A stretch of 64,000 nucleotides of DNA from the IMG/VR virus record IMGVR_UViG_3300027747_001395, one strand, 5' to 3'. Position 1 is the first letter of the stretch. Every line of letters begins with the position of its first letter. Below are positions 63,701 to 64,000 of the stretch, in pieces. The translations under genes and the position numbers were made by a program. The notes under the pieces are model-generated. The model made no database searches, was not told the origin of the DNA, and saw only the letters and a program-made list of their open reading frames with translations. This DNA comes from a virus (taxonomy: Duplodnaviria > Heunggongvirae > Uroviricota > Caudoviricetes).

Positions 63701-64000
63701 TAATAAGGAAGTAAATACGGTCAAAGCAGATCGTAAACTTACTGCTCCAAAATCCAAAGATCGTGCCGCACATGATGCAGAATTAGAAGATCTTGATAAA
63801 AAGAAATATACATACATTGTAATGCACAAAAAGAGTGGTCTCAAGGAAGATCTTGAATCATATCTTTCAGAATCAACACTACCTAAAAGTTATACCAAAG
63901 GTCTCACTCCTGCTGAAATAAAAGCAAAAAAAGCACATATTGAAAGAAATAATAAACTTTCCGATAGGGATCCAGATGCTTATAAAGATATGCCTGGAGA
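60789..64000 (+). CDS. Large modular internal head polyprotein (>1070 aa, runs off the window) containing HicA-like and GNAT-like modules
   Basis: Manually translated with no stop from ATG 60789 to the window end; GAGG RBS; repeated acidic NEEVxLxE-like linkers; absent from ORF track because it is 3'-open. Confidence 0.88.
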   Translation, partial: MDKINEITEGDYKLKKTGLEKTIAHPEGKATYEVHHNGQIIGKIKPYSSYLDKKKPGSRIVSSRKNITSYSFDFNGNHGPRSHEMGTFVYMGHSNPKVALQRMSKEHQTFKAKQKNEEVNLDENILNIQQRQKRAIEMRRNEPRIEIARERAKKKVAPEANIKKRSYAMARQLVRSRLTNVSQAEYAKMGPSEKMAIDRVIEKKGPAIKKLAMRLIPKVKKAEYARLQSYMHGQQMANHGAPEGNHVSESLNNLFLEYFGDSAPGNSGSTGERSDSPINSSGRKIAKSNTKGDSQGNAKGGTKTKGSPIVQYGKFGEDLEVDSPVFKALIKKADATNLDLEILGEVYNRGLEAWNEDCSVSQQQYAFARVNSYINQGRTYFNEDADLHELSKSTLKSYLAKTKEGGKQYPTPLSFRKSMESQGIAKGKLGLKYKRRPVPDVKIKATNEEVELQEDEAPAKVGDKVYLKTKVHANSPHTGKVKKVTPTHVHLDTGHGIYKAPHSAITKDYKQSHLHVNYGSKNEEVEVTEGKFTAHVSKNGRSHGTVKLSAIDRENAEYQMKKHPYYKHFTVDKVVKEENLEEKRGLWDNIHAKQKRIKAGSGERMRKPGSEGAPSNSDLKAAQESVDFEESKNTPYVKAYFEKGQTKQNSWKAMNKHGHVKHFGLPFKKAAELHAGLSEGVQSDFLDEMAGANMDRRALVSHITNKGWQKKASGGSGDHDVFTHPKSTHRLAVPRHNKLKAPLILDVLKKSKIMDKTNEEIESVDEHIVKVKSGYRLVSKSSGKNLGTYPTKEGAEKREKQVQYFKHQNEEVELDEVLLSSFKKTEKFGGKDLGKHISTIEGTKHIGTLENGHHVYHSYDPKDKMHDYHVVDPKTKRINIHLTTKQQAAPGAEEVSVLTANDKSLGAHHLYQHLVTKHNKIISSNDQSPGARSVWAKVGKHKGIHIHGYDPISKTTFHMKPSDDEEYIDRDNKEVNTVKADRKLTAPKSKDRAAHDAELEDLDKKKYTYIVMHKKSGLKEDLESYLSESTLPKSYTKGLTPAEIKAKKAHIERNNKLSDRDPDAYKDMPG

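Noticed and set aside
2067-63844. Many short ORFs in the track that are antisense or out of frame (e.g. 2067-2285, 3905-4189, 7334-7972, 29836-30207, 42586 start, 61181-63844 set)
   Set aside because: They are shadows of well-supported genes on the other strand or frame, with no RBS or recognisable motifs. The 61-64 kb ones lie over the long open polyprotein frame.
1-64000. Stop-codon reassignment
   Set aside because: Core genes translate full-length in the standard code, and TAA, TGA and TAG all occur at true gene ends (e.g. TAG ends gp44).

Overview
This is a 64-kb segment of a T4-like myophage genome. Its gene order resembles cyanophages and the Cr30/phiM12-like group rather than T-even phages; the host is not identifiable from the sequence. 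In order, the window contains: head genes (gp21, gp22, gp23); gp3, peptide deformylase, uvsY, uvsW, gp55 and gp47/46; a candidate nucleotide/DNA glycosylation cluster; gp45/44/62/regA; and an ~18-kb hyperplastic early region built from repeated TTGACATTTTT-type promoter cassettes (RNA ligases, kinase, phosphoesterases, HD hydrolase, tRNA-CAT, homing endonucleases). It continues with a GH19 endolysin, gp43/uvsX/gp41, an AT-rich glycan-synthesis island, and a cluster of genes with T4-type capsid-targeting N-termini. The most striking signal is a predicted virion-packaged, gp21-processed cargo system. It includes a >1070-aa open frame at 60789 that is missing from the supplied ORF track and consists of basic modules joined by repeated NEEVxLxE-like linkers, among them a HicA-like RNase and a GNAT-like domain. 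It also includes a neighbouring polyprotein carrying a sigma70 region-4 domain between two nucleotidyltransferase domains, a ligase-like protein, and a highly structured late 5' leader RNA. All protein assignments come from manual motif recognition; no database searches were run.
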